Shown in pieces: positions 1-11,336 of a stretch of DNA of 64,000 nt. The notes beneath the pieces are model-generated. The model was not told the origin of the DNA and made no database searches. It was given only the letters and a program-made list of their open reading frames with translations. This DNA is from Okamejei kenojei (lineage: Eukaryota): positions 9,486,001-9,550,000 of the forward strand of contig CM069131.1 of NCBI GenBank assembly GCA_035221665.1. The letters are read 5' to 3'. Both the position numbers and the translations under genes were made by a program. Position 1 is the first letter of the stretch. The number at the start of each line of letters is the position of its first letter.

Positions 1-445
1 TCATCTCACATTTCTTGTCTTTTCATCTCTGTCCTTTGTCCCATCAATGCCCCCTGCCCCTCACTTGTATTCACCTATCACTTGCCAGACTTTGACCTGT
101 GCTCACTTCCCTTCCGGCTTTCTTGCCCCCACCACAATAAGTCTGAAGCATAGTCCTGACCTGAAACTCCAGCACTTACAGTCTTTTTTGGGGGGAACCA
201 GCATTCTGCAGTTCCATCTTTATCTCCTCATCTCACACTTCTTGTCTTTTCATCTCTGTCCTTTGTCCCATCAATGCCCCCTGCCCCTCACTTGTATTCA
301 CCTATCACTTGCCAGACTTTGACCTGTGCTCACTTCCCTTCCGGCTTTCTTGCCCCCACCACAATAAGTCTGAAGCATAGTCCTGACCTGAAACTCCAGC
401 ACTTACAGTCTTTTTTTGGGGGGAACCAGCATCTGCAGTTCCTTG
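1..445 (+). repeat. Tandem duplication (period 227 bp) of a degenerate Penelope-like 3' end
   Basis: 1-~207 repeated almost exactly at 228-~435; each copy has a decayed AGTCTGAAG..GACCTGAAAC motif and a CCAGCAT(T)CTGCAGTTCC tail. Confidence 0.8.
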
Positions 446-1219
446 TGTTTACAGAAAATAGATCTCTGGTAATCCATTCAAAAGGGAAGCTCTTTTGATG
501 ATCAAATGCAGTAATTTGCGACAACAGAAATCTGAGATGCGTGCGTATCATTAACATCTAGAAAGATTAAAGAGGTTTAATTACTTATTGATGGAAATTT
601 CACTGTGCCGGACACTTGAAAGCAAATACTGATACAGTAATTATGGATCAAAAAATGCTACAATGCCCCCCTTGGCAACTTATAACAAGGAACTAAATCC
701 AATTTATTTTGAAATTCCAGATCATCACGGATTGCATGCATCTTCAAAAACCAGCATCTTAACAGTGAGACCATGGGTTTAACGATTAGCTAAAACTGCT
801 TTATAAAGAGATTTCATCTCTGTAAATAATTAGTAAACTTCCAATAATAATTGATTAGTGACTAAAGCTTTACCGATGGTGCAAAATATTTGGCCTGGAT
901 CAAAAATCTGTGCAAAATCCTTCGGCTTGTTACACTGACAACCACCAAGGTTGTTTTCAGCTTGAAACTGGGCATTTCAGGACATGATCTTTGGGTGCCA
1001 TCAACGATCTTAGACTTCCAAAATTACTTCAGTGTTGTACATTTGTGGGGTGAATTGTATTGATACCATGAATGGCATTATAACACAGAGCAGCCAGATC
1101 GTGATGTTATTCAAAAGTAGTGAACTATCTTGGCAGTCAACAAAATATCCTTAGTCAGATCTGTCTAAAGGAAGCTTAACTACACGTACAATTGAACAAT
1201 TGCTAGTTGCACATTTCTC

Positions 1220-1520
1220 GAGGACCAGAGGACATAGGGTCAAGGTGAAGGGGAAAAGATTTAATAGGAATCCGAGGGGTAACTTTTTCAAGGGTGGTGG
1301 GTGTATGGAACAAGCTGCTGAAAGCGGTAGTTGAGGCTAGGACTATCCCATCATTTAAGAAACAGTTAGACATCTACATGGATAGGACAGGTTTGGAGGG
1401 ATATGGACCAAGCGCAGGCAAGTGGGACTGGTGTAGCTGAGACATTGTTGGCCGGTGTGGGCGAGTTGTGCTGAAGGGCTTGTTTCCACACTGTATCTCT
1501 CTATAACTCTATGACTCTCT
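1220..1520 (+). mobile_element. CR1-type LINE 3' end fragment
   Basis: RTRGHxxKV-type C-terminal RT remnant plus 3' UTR ending in CTCTATGA-like repeats; related copies at 18600-18885, 35245-35595, 38372-38690. Confidence 0.8.
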
Positions 1521-1807
1521 ATGTTTCATGCTTTCTTTAACTGCTTCAAGTGCATACATCAAAATGCAGTGGTTTAAGAGATGCGAGAAGATTTCCGACC
1601 TAACTTCTAGATTCCTGAAAAAACGCATTGCTCCCAGAGAACGATGCTTTAGTAGATATTCATTTTGCAGTACAACATGACTGGGAGAAGGGGCAGAGAC
1701 CTAACATAGGAGGAAACCATTTGTCATCTTCTGCAGCCATGACTAACCTCAGAGTAGGACAAACACCATGTAAGTCATGGCTGCCAGTTGACATGGGCAT
1801 TCAATTA

Positions 1808-2352
1808 TAAGTCCATAAATGATAGGGATGGAATTAGGCCATTCGGCTCAACAAGTCTACATCGCCATTCAATCATGGCTGATCTATTTCTCCTTCCTAA
1901 CACCATTCTCCTGCCTTTTCCCCATAACCTCTAACACCCGTACTAATCAAGAACCTATCTATCTCTGTCTTAAATATATCCACTGACTTTGTCTCAACAG
2001 CCTTCTGGGGCAAATAATTTCACAGATTCACCACCCTCAGAAGAAATTTCTCCTCATCTCCTTCCTAAAAGAACGTCCTTTAATTCTGAGGCTATGACCA
2101 CTAGTCCTAGACTCTCCCACTAGTGGAAACATCCTCTCCACATCCTCTCTAACCAAGCCCTTCACTATTCTGTACGTTTCAATGAGGTTCCCCCCTCATT
2201 CTACTAAACTCCAACGAGTACAGGCCCAGTGCTGACAAATGCTCATCACATGTTATCCTACTCGTTCCTGGGATCATTCTTGTAAACCTCCTCTGGACCC
2301 TCTCCAGAGCCAGCACATCCTTTCCCAGATACGGTGCCCAAAATTGCTCACA
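1808..2352 (-). mobile_element. CR1-type LINE 3' fragment
   Basis: Reverse strand reads QRVVNLWN-like CR1 C-terminus; near-identical family member at 4715-5215. Confidence 0.8.
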
Positions 2353-2824
2353 CTTATCATGCAGATGGCTCCTTCCAGGCTGAAGCGAGAGATATTTGTA
2401 TCATCTATCCATTTGTATCATCTACTGTTGCGCAACAGAGGACGCTGAGACAGTCTAGTCAAAGGTAATGAACTAGAAATGTTTGGAGACCGACATTGGA
2501 TAATTGGCTCAAGTTTACAATGGTGCAGAGAGTAATTGACCATATGCACAATGTAGGCATTGCTTGTCAACCCCACATACGATAGTGATCCATCTTGCTC
2601 ACTTTCCGGCTGATGTGTGGCGAAAGTGGACCTTCTGGAGGGAGGTGAAGGGGGAGTACACTCGTGGCTTTCAGCATTCGCTCATCCGTCTCTGTTGCCT
2701 GTTGCAATTGACAGCAGTGTGATGGATTATCTCACAGCGTGTAAAATGATTTCCCTCATTCCTTCCCCGTCTAAACTCTCAGGCAAGTTTTGGATATTTG
2801 AGGAGCTGATCCAATAATTCCTGG

Positions 2825-3140
2825 ATGGTATGGTGGCATAGATGGTGGAGCTGCTACCTGGCAGCACTAGAGGCCTGGGTTCGATCCTGACCTTAGGTGC
2901 TGTCTTTGTGGAGTTTACCTGTTCTCTCTGAGATTATATTGGTTTCCACTGGGTGCTCTGGTTTCTTCCCACATCCCATCGCCACGTGGGTTTGTAGGTT
3001 AAATGGCCTCTGTAAATTGCCCTTAATGTGTATGGAGTGGATACAAAAAGTGGGACAAGACAGAACTAGTGATCGATGATCAACGTGGACTTGGTGGGCT
3101 AAAGGAGCCTACGTTATTTCCATGCTGTCTCTTTCAATCA
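2825..3140 (+). mobile_element. tRNA-derived V-SINE (HE1-like)
   Basis: A-box/B-box head (GGTTCGATCC), V-domain (GGAGTTT..GTTCTC..GGTTTC..CCCAC), CR1-like tail. Confidence 0.8.
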
Positions 3141-4031
3141 AAACCTCACTGTTGTTTCTCAGAGCAACATTTAATGGAAATCTTTACACTGGGCACGGGA
3201 ATGAGACAGAGAAGAATGGATTGTCAATGTGCCAATTGGCCATGGTGTTGGCACACTACCTTGGCTGTCCACTGCAGAAGCTGTTTGATTTTTAATTTTC
3301 ACTGTCCTGGCATTTTCCATGACAGATGGCTTATTGCCTCTGCCAAATACAGGATCCAATCCAGTGTTATTTTTTTTCGTGGAGGAAATGTCACTTTTGG
3401 TTAAGTAACTGCTGCTTTGATGGCAAGGGCAGAGAATCCTGCTGTCCTGAACCCCCGGGGTGTGCAGCTGGTAAGATTTTGTCATTATTCTGCACAAACA
3501 CTCGAGGATATCACAAGGCTCGTGTTATTTTTGTCGTGACCTTTTGGGGCTGAAGCAGTAATAATGTAATTCACTGCAGCCTTCCAGCTAAACATTTTGA
3601 CGTTTAGTCATGATAATTTATGGTATGGTCTGCATAAACATTCTGTAGCTAAGTCAGGCTGCGCATAAAACCAGTGGAAAGAGGTGGAATATTGTCAATT
3701 GGAATTCAAAGTGTGAATATGTCTTTATATTCAAGTAATTGCATCTTTATATCTAACCTTTCAGATCACCAATGTTCCTTAACCTGTGGTGTATAAATTG
3801 CGGCATATTACTAGTGCCAAGTGTATCTGACCTTTCTTGCATGTGCTAATTAATATTGGCATTTACCGGTCATGTTTAATCTTGATCATAATGAATTCCC
3901 ATCTGGTTTCAACAGTTAAATGAATAATGCCTTTTAGCGAGGCACGGTTCTCATGAATGCCTTCCATGTATTTACAGCCTGTAGTTTTTGGAATGACAGA
4001 TTTTCAAGACTTCTTTTTGTTTCTATTGCAG

Positions 4032-4134
4032 ATTGTTTTGAATTTTACAACCATGGATCTCTTTAAGAGTCGCCTGTGCTGGTACGACTACATAGAAGTA
4101 CGAGATGGTTATTGGAGAAAGGCGCCTCTTCTTG
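4032..4134 (+). CDS. TLL1: Tolloid-like metalloproteinase internal exon, CUB1 ([34 protein letters not shown])
   Basis: cag| acceptor at 4029-4031, GT donor at 4135; 103 nt, phase 0->1; peptide matches vertebrate TLL1 CUB1 as I recall it. Confidence 0.93.
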
Positions 4135-4714
4135 GTATTGAACTTTGTCAAGTTAGGAATCATTGCTGTAACCATTGAAATTGACTTGTTAATAATACCC
4201 TTTAATTCCCACTAAAATGGAGCTCATGAGAATGAATGAATGCGGAGCTATTCACGTCCTCGTGCAAAGAGGGCTGGTGGCACAGTGCTGTGGTTGGTGG
4301 AGTCGCTGTGTCACAGGCCCGGAGACCTGGGTCCATTCCTGGCCTCAGGTGCTGTCTGCATGGAATGTATGCATTCTCTCTGTGATCTCTCTGTGGTTGG
4401 CCTCCGGTTGCTCTGGTATCTTCCCCCATCCCAAAGACTTGAAGAGTCGGTCGGTCGGTCAGCTGGCCATTGATAATTACCCCTAAGGTGCAGTTAAATG
4501 GTAGAGTTGATGAGAATTCAGCAGGAATAACAGAGATTTAATGTAAATGAGGGTCGACAGTCAACACAGATTCAGTGGGCCGAAGAGCTCATTTCCATGA
4601 CATGTCACGCCATGACTTTATGAATCCATTGTATTTCTGAACATTTGCCATTGGTGGCTGATGAGGCCCTTAGGAAATCCCAATAGCAGAATAACAGACT
4701 TAGTTATGGTTATC

Positions 4715-5215
4715 ATAAGGTCAAAAGTGAAAGGAGTAGAATTAGGGCATTCTGCCCATCAAATCTATGCCATTCAATCACGGCTGATCTATCTCTTCTT
4801 CCTCACCCCATTCTTCTACCTTCTCCCCATTTAACTCATACTACTCAAGAATCCATCTGTCTCTGCCTTAAAAACATCCACGGACTTGGCCTCCAAAGCC
4901 CTCTGTGGCAAAGAATTCCACAGATTCACCACCCTCTGATGAAATAAATGTCTCCTCATTTCCTTCCAAAAAGAACGTCCTTTAATTCTGAGGCTATGAC
5001 TTCCAGTCCTGGACTCTCCCGCTAGTGTAAACATCCTTTCCACATCCGCTCTATCCAAAGCCATTCATTATTCTGTATGTTTCAATGAGGACCCCCTCAT
5101 TCTTCTAAACTCTAGTGGGTACAGGCCCAGTGCCGACAAACGCTCATCATAGATTAGCCCACTCATTCTTGGGATCATCCATCTGAACCTCCTCTGGACC
5201 ATCTCCAGAGCCAGC
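4715..5215 (-). mobile_element. CR1-type LINE 3' fragment
   Basis: ORF 4831-5064 (ESRTGSHSLRIKGRSF..QRVVNLWNSLP). Confidence 0.85.
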
Positions 5216-5500
5216 CAGGTTCTAAGGAAGGAAATCTAAACATGTATCTTCCTGTCTGGACCAAAAGCTTTCACAGCATCAGGTCATCCCCGGTGTGCTT
5301 CACGAATGATGAATTACTTCCGAGGAGAATGATCCTCATAATTGGAATATACAATTAAAATGTAAATAATGGAGCAAAATTACTAATTAAGCAGTGCAGG
5401 AGTTATATTTACAAGTAGAACTTTACCAAAGAGTCTGCATGTACTTTTTGACCATTTGACGTGTTTAAAAAATGTGAATGGTGTTCGAGGAATGCACTGA

Positions 5501-5995
<495 letters not shown>

Positions 5996-6174
5996 AGTAT
6001 TTTATCTGCATAAAGGTCTCCTTCCATTGCCTGGATAGTATTTAGTTGCTGTCAATGGGACTTTGCTACCTGTATATTAACTCTACCCAACCATCAATAG
6101 TGAATGTACTTCAAAAGCAAACAAGCACAAAGCATTTTTAATGATCAGGACCCTAGTTAAAGGTAGATTTATTA

Positions 6175-6590
6175 GTGGAGGAACGAACTACAGATGTGGT
6201 TTACATCAAAGATAGACACAAAATGCTGGAGTAACCCAGCGGGACAGGCAGCATATCTGGAGAGAAGGAATGGGTGATGTTTTGGGTTGAGACCCTTCTT
6301 CAGACTGAGAGTCAGGGGAGAGGGAGACACAGAGATAAGGAAGACGAGACATCAAAAGAGATGAAGTTTAAGGAAAATGGAGAATAAATCATTGGTAGCG
6401 AGGAGAAGGTGACAACAAAGTAAGGAGAGATAAAATGTAATCGGGGACAGTCAGACTGGTTGGAGAACTGGGAAGGGGGAGGGATGGAGAGAGAGGGAAA
6501 GCAAGGGTTACTTGAAATTAGAGAAGTCAATATTCGTACCGCTGGGGTGTAAGCTGGCTGAGCGAAATATGAGGTGCTGTTCCTCCACAC
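6175..6590 (-). mobile_element. Penelope-like element 3' end with degenerate hammerhead motif
   Basis: Reverse strand: EEQHLIFR remnant, pyrimidine-rich UTR, CTGAAGAAGGGTCTCAACCC, conserved tail. Confidence 0.8.
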
Positions 6591-7932
6591 ATTGGACTGA
6601 ATCTGTGCAACTGAGACTAATTTACAGTTATAGTTCTTCTCAGGATTCCCCTAAACCTAGATGGGCAGTGAATGATTATTGAACTAAAGCTACGGTTGTA
6701 TAGAGGTCAGTTTTAACATGTTAGACACAAATGCTTCGGTAGATGCAGGGCAGACAATTAATAACAGATTTTTGAGGGGGGGGGCAGCTGAGGGTTGGTG
6801 GGAGGTTTATCTGAAGGAGAGAAGCAATGAACTTATACAAATGTTATTGTACCCAAATGCCTTAAGCGCACTGGAACAGCTACAGGGTCAGTGCAGAGTC
6901 GATGGGCTGAAGGGTCTGCTTCCATGCTGTATCTCTAAAGTCTAAAGTTTAAAGCTGTCAAAATCTCTGGAAAATTGATTGAATGCAACTTAAACGTTCG
7001 CCAAAATTACTGCTGATATGTCGGTAAAATCTCATGGAGGTTTACCTCATTAAAATCAATTCTGTCTGTCGCTCTGTTATAATTGAAATATCTCATGGCC
7101 AAGATAATCAATGTGTGTGTGTGTGCTTGCAGGTTGATATCAAATTTGTGTTTTAACTTGGAAATATTAATATTGTAGTCTCTATTGCATTTAAAGTACT
7201 ACCAATCACGTTCTGTAATGTCATTTTTAAGAATTAAATTGCAAAGTAATATTCCTTTCGCAATACATCTTACACAGCATTAGAAGATGTAATAATCTTC
7301 TAATTACATTTGAATTATAAAACGTAATAGGCCTCATAAAACATAATACACTCTCACTTGCTTAATAATAATTGCCATAATTACCATTTGGTCGTTTGTA
7401 AACTGCTGAGGTCCTGAGATTGACGTAAAAGGCCAATTAGAGCTCCAGAACACACACGGTGCGACATTCAACAGGTTCTGCCCTGCAGCAACAGTAATAG
7501 AGTTGATTTACCACAAGGGTCCTTTTAATTTGGTCCACCGCCACCTGCTCACAAATCACACTGAAGCGACACAAATGACATTTATACATTTCCCCAAGAA
7601 TTCCTGTACGAATGCGAAAAAAGCGCAGCGGAAATTCAGCCACAGGACATACCACCCACGGGGCACAACAGGTCCAAGGTGGACTGTGTTTTGTCAGTGT
7701 ACTCATTTACAATGGGGTCAGTGGCGGTGGTTGGCGCAATGTGAAGGACATGCATACACAAACCTTGTTCAATTTAATGGATTTACAGTTCTTTCTATTG
7801 TTTTACGAGAGGGAGATATTTCACAAACATGTCAAATCGAGGTGTGAAAAAAACATTTTAACATTTTGCCAAATGTTGCCCTGTTGAAGATTGGTTCCCT
7901 TGTTTAATATTTGATATCTTTCCAATTGATAG

Positions 7933-8078
7933 CAATTTGTGGTGGCGAAATCAGTAAAGAATCTGGACAGATCCAGTCTCCTAACTATCCAGATGACTAC
8001 AGACCGATGAAGGAATGTGTGTGGAAAATAACAATGTCTGAGCACTACCACGTCGGATTAGTTTTCCAAGCTTTTGAG
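7933..8078 (+). CDS. TLL1: Tolloid-like exon, CUB2 first half ([49 protein letters not shown])
   Basis: tag| acceptor, GTAATT donor; 146 nt, phase 1->0; [12 protein letters not shown] is characteristic of TLL1. Confidence 0.94.
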
Positions 8079-8567
8079 GTAATTGCATTGAAACAATAAA
8101 CATAATAGCAGGAAGAAAGTCATTAACGATACGATACGATACAACCTCATTTATCCCGGAGGCATGCAGTTGCAAGGCATTGCATTACAATGGTAATGAA
8201 ATTTAAGTGTCCATTTATTGCACAGCACATATATAATATTACACAAACATGAAATTAAATTAAATTATCGAGTGGAAAGGTCCAGGATGAGGGATGTACA
8301 AAGATGGGGTGGGGGTGAGGGAGAGTCAGGCTACCCCACGACAGAAGTGGGAAGAGTTCTACAGTTTGATAGCCACAGAGAAAAAGGATCTCCTGTGGCG
8401 TTCTGTGCTGCACCTTGGTGGAGCCAGTCTGTTGCTGAAGGTGCTCCTCAGGTTGACCAGTGTGTGTCGTTAAACTTAATTATTAACACAATTTCCCTGA
8501 GCGAACAATAGTAGGTAACACGTAGTTGGATATAACATTAATCTTCAGATTGTAGATCGGAATTTGG

Positions 8568-9398
8568 ACGGTACATTTGGCGCAGTCGCAGAGTTGCTTC
8601 CTCCCAGCGCCAGAGACCCGGGTTGGGTCCAGACAAAAGGTGTTGTCTGTGCAGAGTTTGTACGTTTTCCCCGCGATCACATGGGTTTTCTCCAGGTGCT
8701 CCGGTTTCCTCCCACGTCCCAAAGACGTGCAGGTTTGTAGGTTCATTCTGCTTCTTCCTCCTTCTTAAGCCATTTACTTCTCTGGGGAGCATAGGCCATT
8801 GACAAATGTCCTCCACCTCACTCGGTTGTTGGCAGTTCTTTTGAGATCTCCCCAGTCGAGCCCACTCTCAAACATTTCTGTCTGGACACCTCTTCTCCAG
8901 CTGTCCCTGGGGCGTCCTCTTTTATTACTTTAGTGTCAGAAGGTGTGTCAGCTTCCCAGCGCCCTTGCGGGTTTGGCTGGGTAGCTGCATGTTCTCCATC
9001 CCTGGGGCACCTTCTTCAACCAAGTGTGTAATTTGCTATTAATTTGTCAACGTTTCTGTAACTCACACTTTTTTCCAAGGTGGGGTAGTTAACCCCACGC
9101 CCAACCCCCAACCTGGAGGACCAGGGACTGCTTTGTCTGCCTCCTCGCCCGAGACCTGTCCGGTTTGGTTGAACCTGCCAGGGATATGGAACCCCATCCG
9201 GCATAGCTCTCAGGATCACTGGAGTACACAAGCCTCTCCTCCACGTCAAGATTGCAGTCCTGGAGAGGCTTGTAGGTTAATTAGCTTCTGTAAACTACTC
9301 ATAGTGGATAGGATGCGAAAGTGAGTTAACATAGAACTAGTGTACAGGTGATGGATAGTGCTCTGCGCTGAAGAGCCTGTCTCTTTAACTAAACTAAA
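8568..9398 (+). mobile_element. V-SINE interrupted by an RTE-derived insertion
   Basis: SINE head and V-domain at 8568-8743 resume at 9270 and end in CTAAACTAAA. Confidence 0.8.
8744..9269 (-). mobile_element. Internally deleted RTE-type non-LTR element (5' UTR fused to 3' end)
   Basis: 9-bp TSD TTGTAGGTT (8735-8743 / 9270-9278); minus strand has GGTCCTCCAGGTTGGGGGTTGGGCGTGGGG (RTE-type 5' UTR) and a KRGRPRDSWRR C-terminal remnant. Confidence 0.7.
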
Positions 9399-9895
9399 TT
9401 ATGATTATAGTGGTTGCTTCACTTTTATCTGCAAGTATTTTAAGACATTTTCTGCTCTTTGGAGTGCATCAAACATATTTGATCAATAATGCAGATTTCA
9501 TGCTGTTGTCTAATTTAAATTTCTACATTTATTTCTGAAGTATAAATTGACTAGAGGGATAAACTTAATCTGATGCAGAGGTTAAAATACTTAGATGAAA
9601 TGGTAACCCAGGCAGTCAGAACTCCCAATCCAAACTTTGCTTCCAGTGGAGGTGAATGTTTGAAGCTGAGACCAACAGTTCCTGCTTTACATTGGTTTAC
9701 TATTGTCATGTACACTGAGATACAGTGCAAAGCTATGTTTTGTGTGCTCTCTAGGCAAGTTTTACCATATTGTGCCATTCTGAGTAATACCATAAATGAG
9801 TAACCATGAGTGGGACCATACATACAAAGGTTTCAAAGATCTTTTATTGTCACATGTACCAATTAAGGTGCAGTGATATGTGAATTACCACACAG

Positions 9896-11266
9896 CAGGC
9901 ACGTGCCGTCAGGGTAGGCAAGGTAGGCACTGCCTACCCTGACTAAAATTATAACATAGTAATTACTAAATATAAATAATAAAGGCATGGGAGAATTATG
10001 CCTATCTAAGAGATCGATCTCTTAGGTAGGCATAATTCTCCGTGCCTTTCATCCGCAGCGCTTGTAACCCTTGAAGGTCTGTGCAGCCCACGTGCCGTCA
10101 GCGCTGCCTGAAGCCGTCAATTTCAAGCGGGGCTGAAGGCAGCTGAAATTCTGCCTTTGCAGCCCTGCACAGGCGCATCAGCCTACTGCGCATGCACAGC
10201 GCTAGATTCTTGGCGGGGTTTTCGAATATGGATTGGCATTATTTTAAGTGTATCTTAGGAAACAGAGAGATAAGAATGCAGCTCGTGTACCAATGATATG
10301 GTAAGTACATTTCTTGGTGATGTTTTTAAGTACCGTATTTCATGGGGGGTGGGGGTAGGGGGAGAGCTCCTTTCACAGCGTTTGAGGAGTCTAGCCCGGG
10401 GTAAAGTTACGGGGAAGGTTGGAGCTTTGTGAAGGAGGGGATCTGGATCATACCAGTAACCCACTTGCGACGCTCCTTGCACGGAGCCACCGCATTGAGG
10501 CGGGGGGGAGAAGCAGCTCGGGTGGCTGCGAGCTGTCGCCGGGCCGGACAGCGGAACAGGCCGCCACCTCTGGCAGCTCTCCATCTAAAAACCTCTCTCC
10601 TGACGCTCGCTGGCCTCACTCATGTCCTTAAATTCGGACAGCGCGATTGAGGTTACTCGGCTGTGGGAATTTAAGGATTTGCAGGAAGCGGCTGACATGA
10701 GCGAGCGGCAGGTGAGAGGTGTTCAGACGGAGAGCACTGCCAGAGGTGAGCGGGCCGACAGAAGGCTCTGAAGTGGTGGCCAGTTTTGCTGTCGGGTCCC
10801 GTCGGCCACTCGCAGCTCCCCGAGCTGCTTCTATCCCCGGCTACGATGCGGTGGTTTCGTGCCCGGAGAGCTGCGGCAGCGGTGAGTGAGTGAGTTACTG
10901 GCATTATCCCCGACCCCCTCCTTCTCAACACTCCTGCCCTCCCTGCAACTTTACCCCTGGCACAGACTCTCCACACGCTGTGAAAGGAACTTTCCCCCCA
11001 ATTGGTCCCTTGAACAAGTGTTGTCATTCAATTAGATGACAACTGATTCAACTTTTCCCTGTGCTCCCGTTTTTCCCACCATCTCTCCACCTGCCATTAC
11101 CCTTCACTCCCCCACCCATTCAGTAATTCAGAATAAAGGAGACTAGGAAGCCTTGGGCAAATTGAATTGTTACTGTTTTTATTTTTATTTTTTATTTTTA
11201 CGGAGAGAACAATCTGCGCATGGGCAGTTTAAATTTTTTTTTACAGCGGACCGACTGCCTACCCTG
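9896..11266. mobile_element. Putative non-autonomous DNA transposon with internal palindromes
   Basis: Starts CAGGCACGTGCCGTCAGGGTAGGCAAGGTAGGCACTGCCTACCCTGA; ACTGCCTACCCTGA recurs at ~11254; GC-rich with internal inverted repeats; no full right TIR or TSD seen. Confidence 0.45.
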
Positions 11267-11336
11267 ATTGATTAGTAGGACTGCATGTTACAATCCCTAA
11301 GATTTCACTACAATTGACATTCTTGGGTATGACCAC

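Noticed and set aside
3420-3478. Possible extra exon ending in CTG|GTAAGA
   Set aside because: No tolloid-like translation and no clear acceptor; the expected upstream CUB1 exon is not in the window
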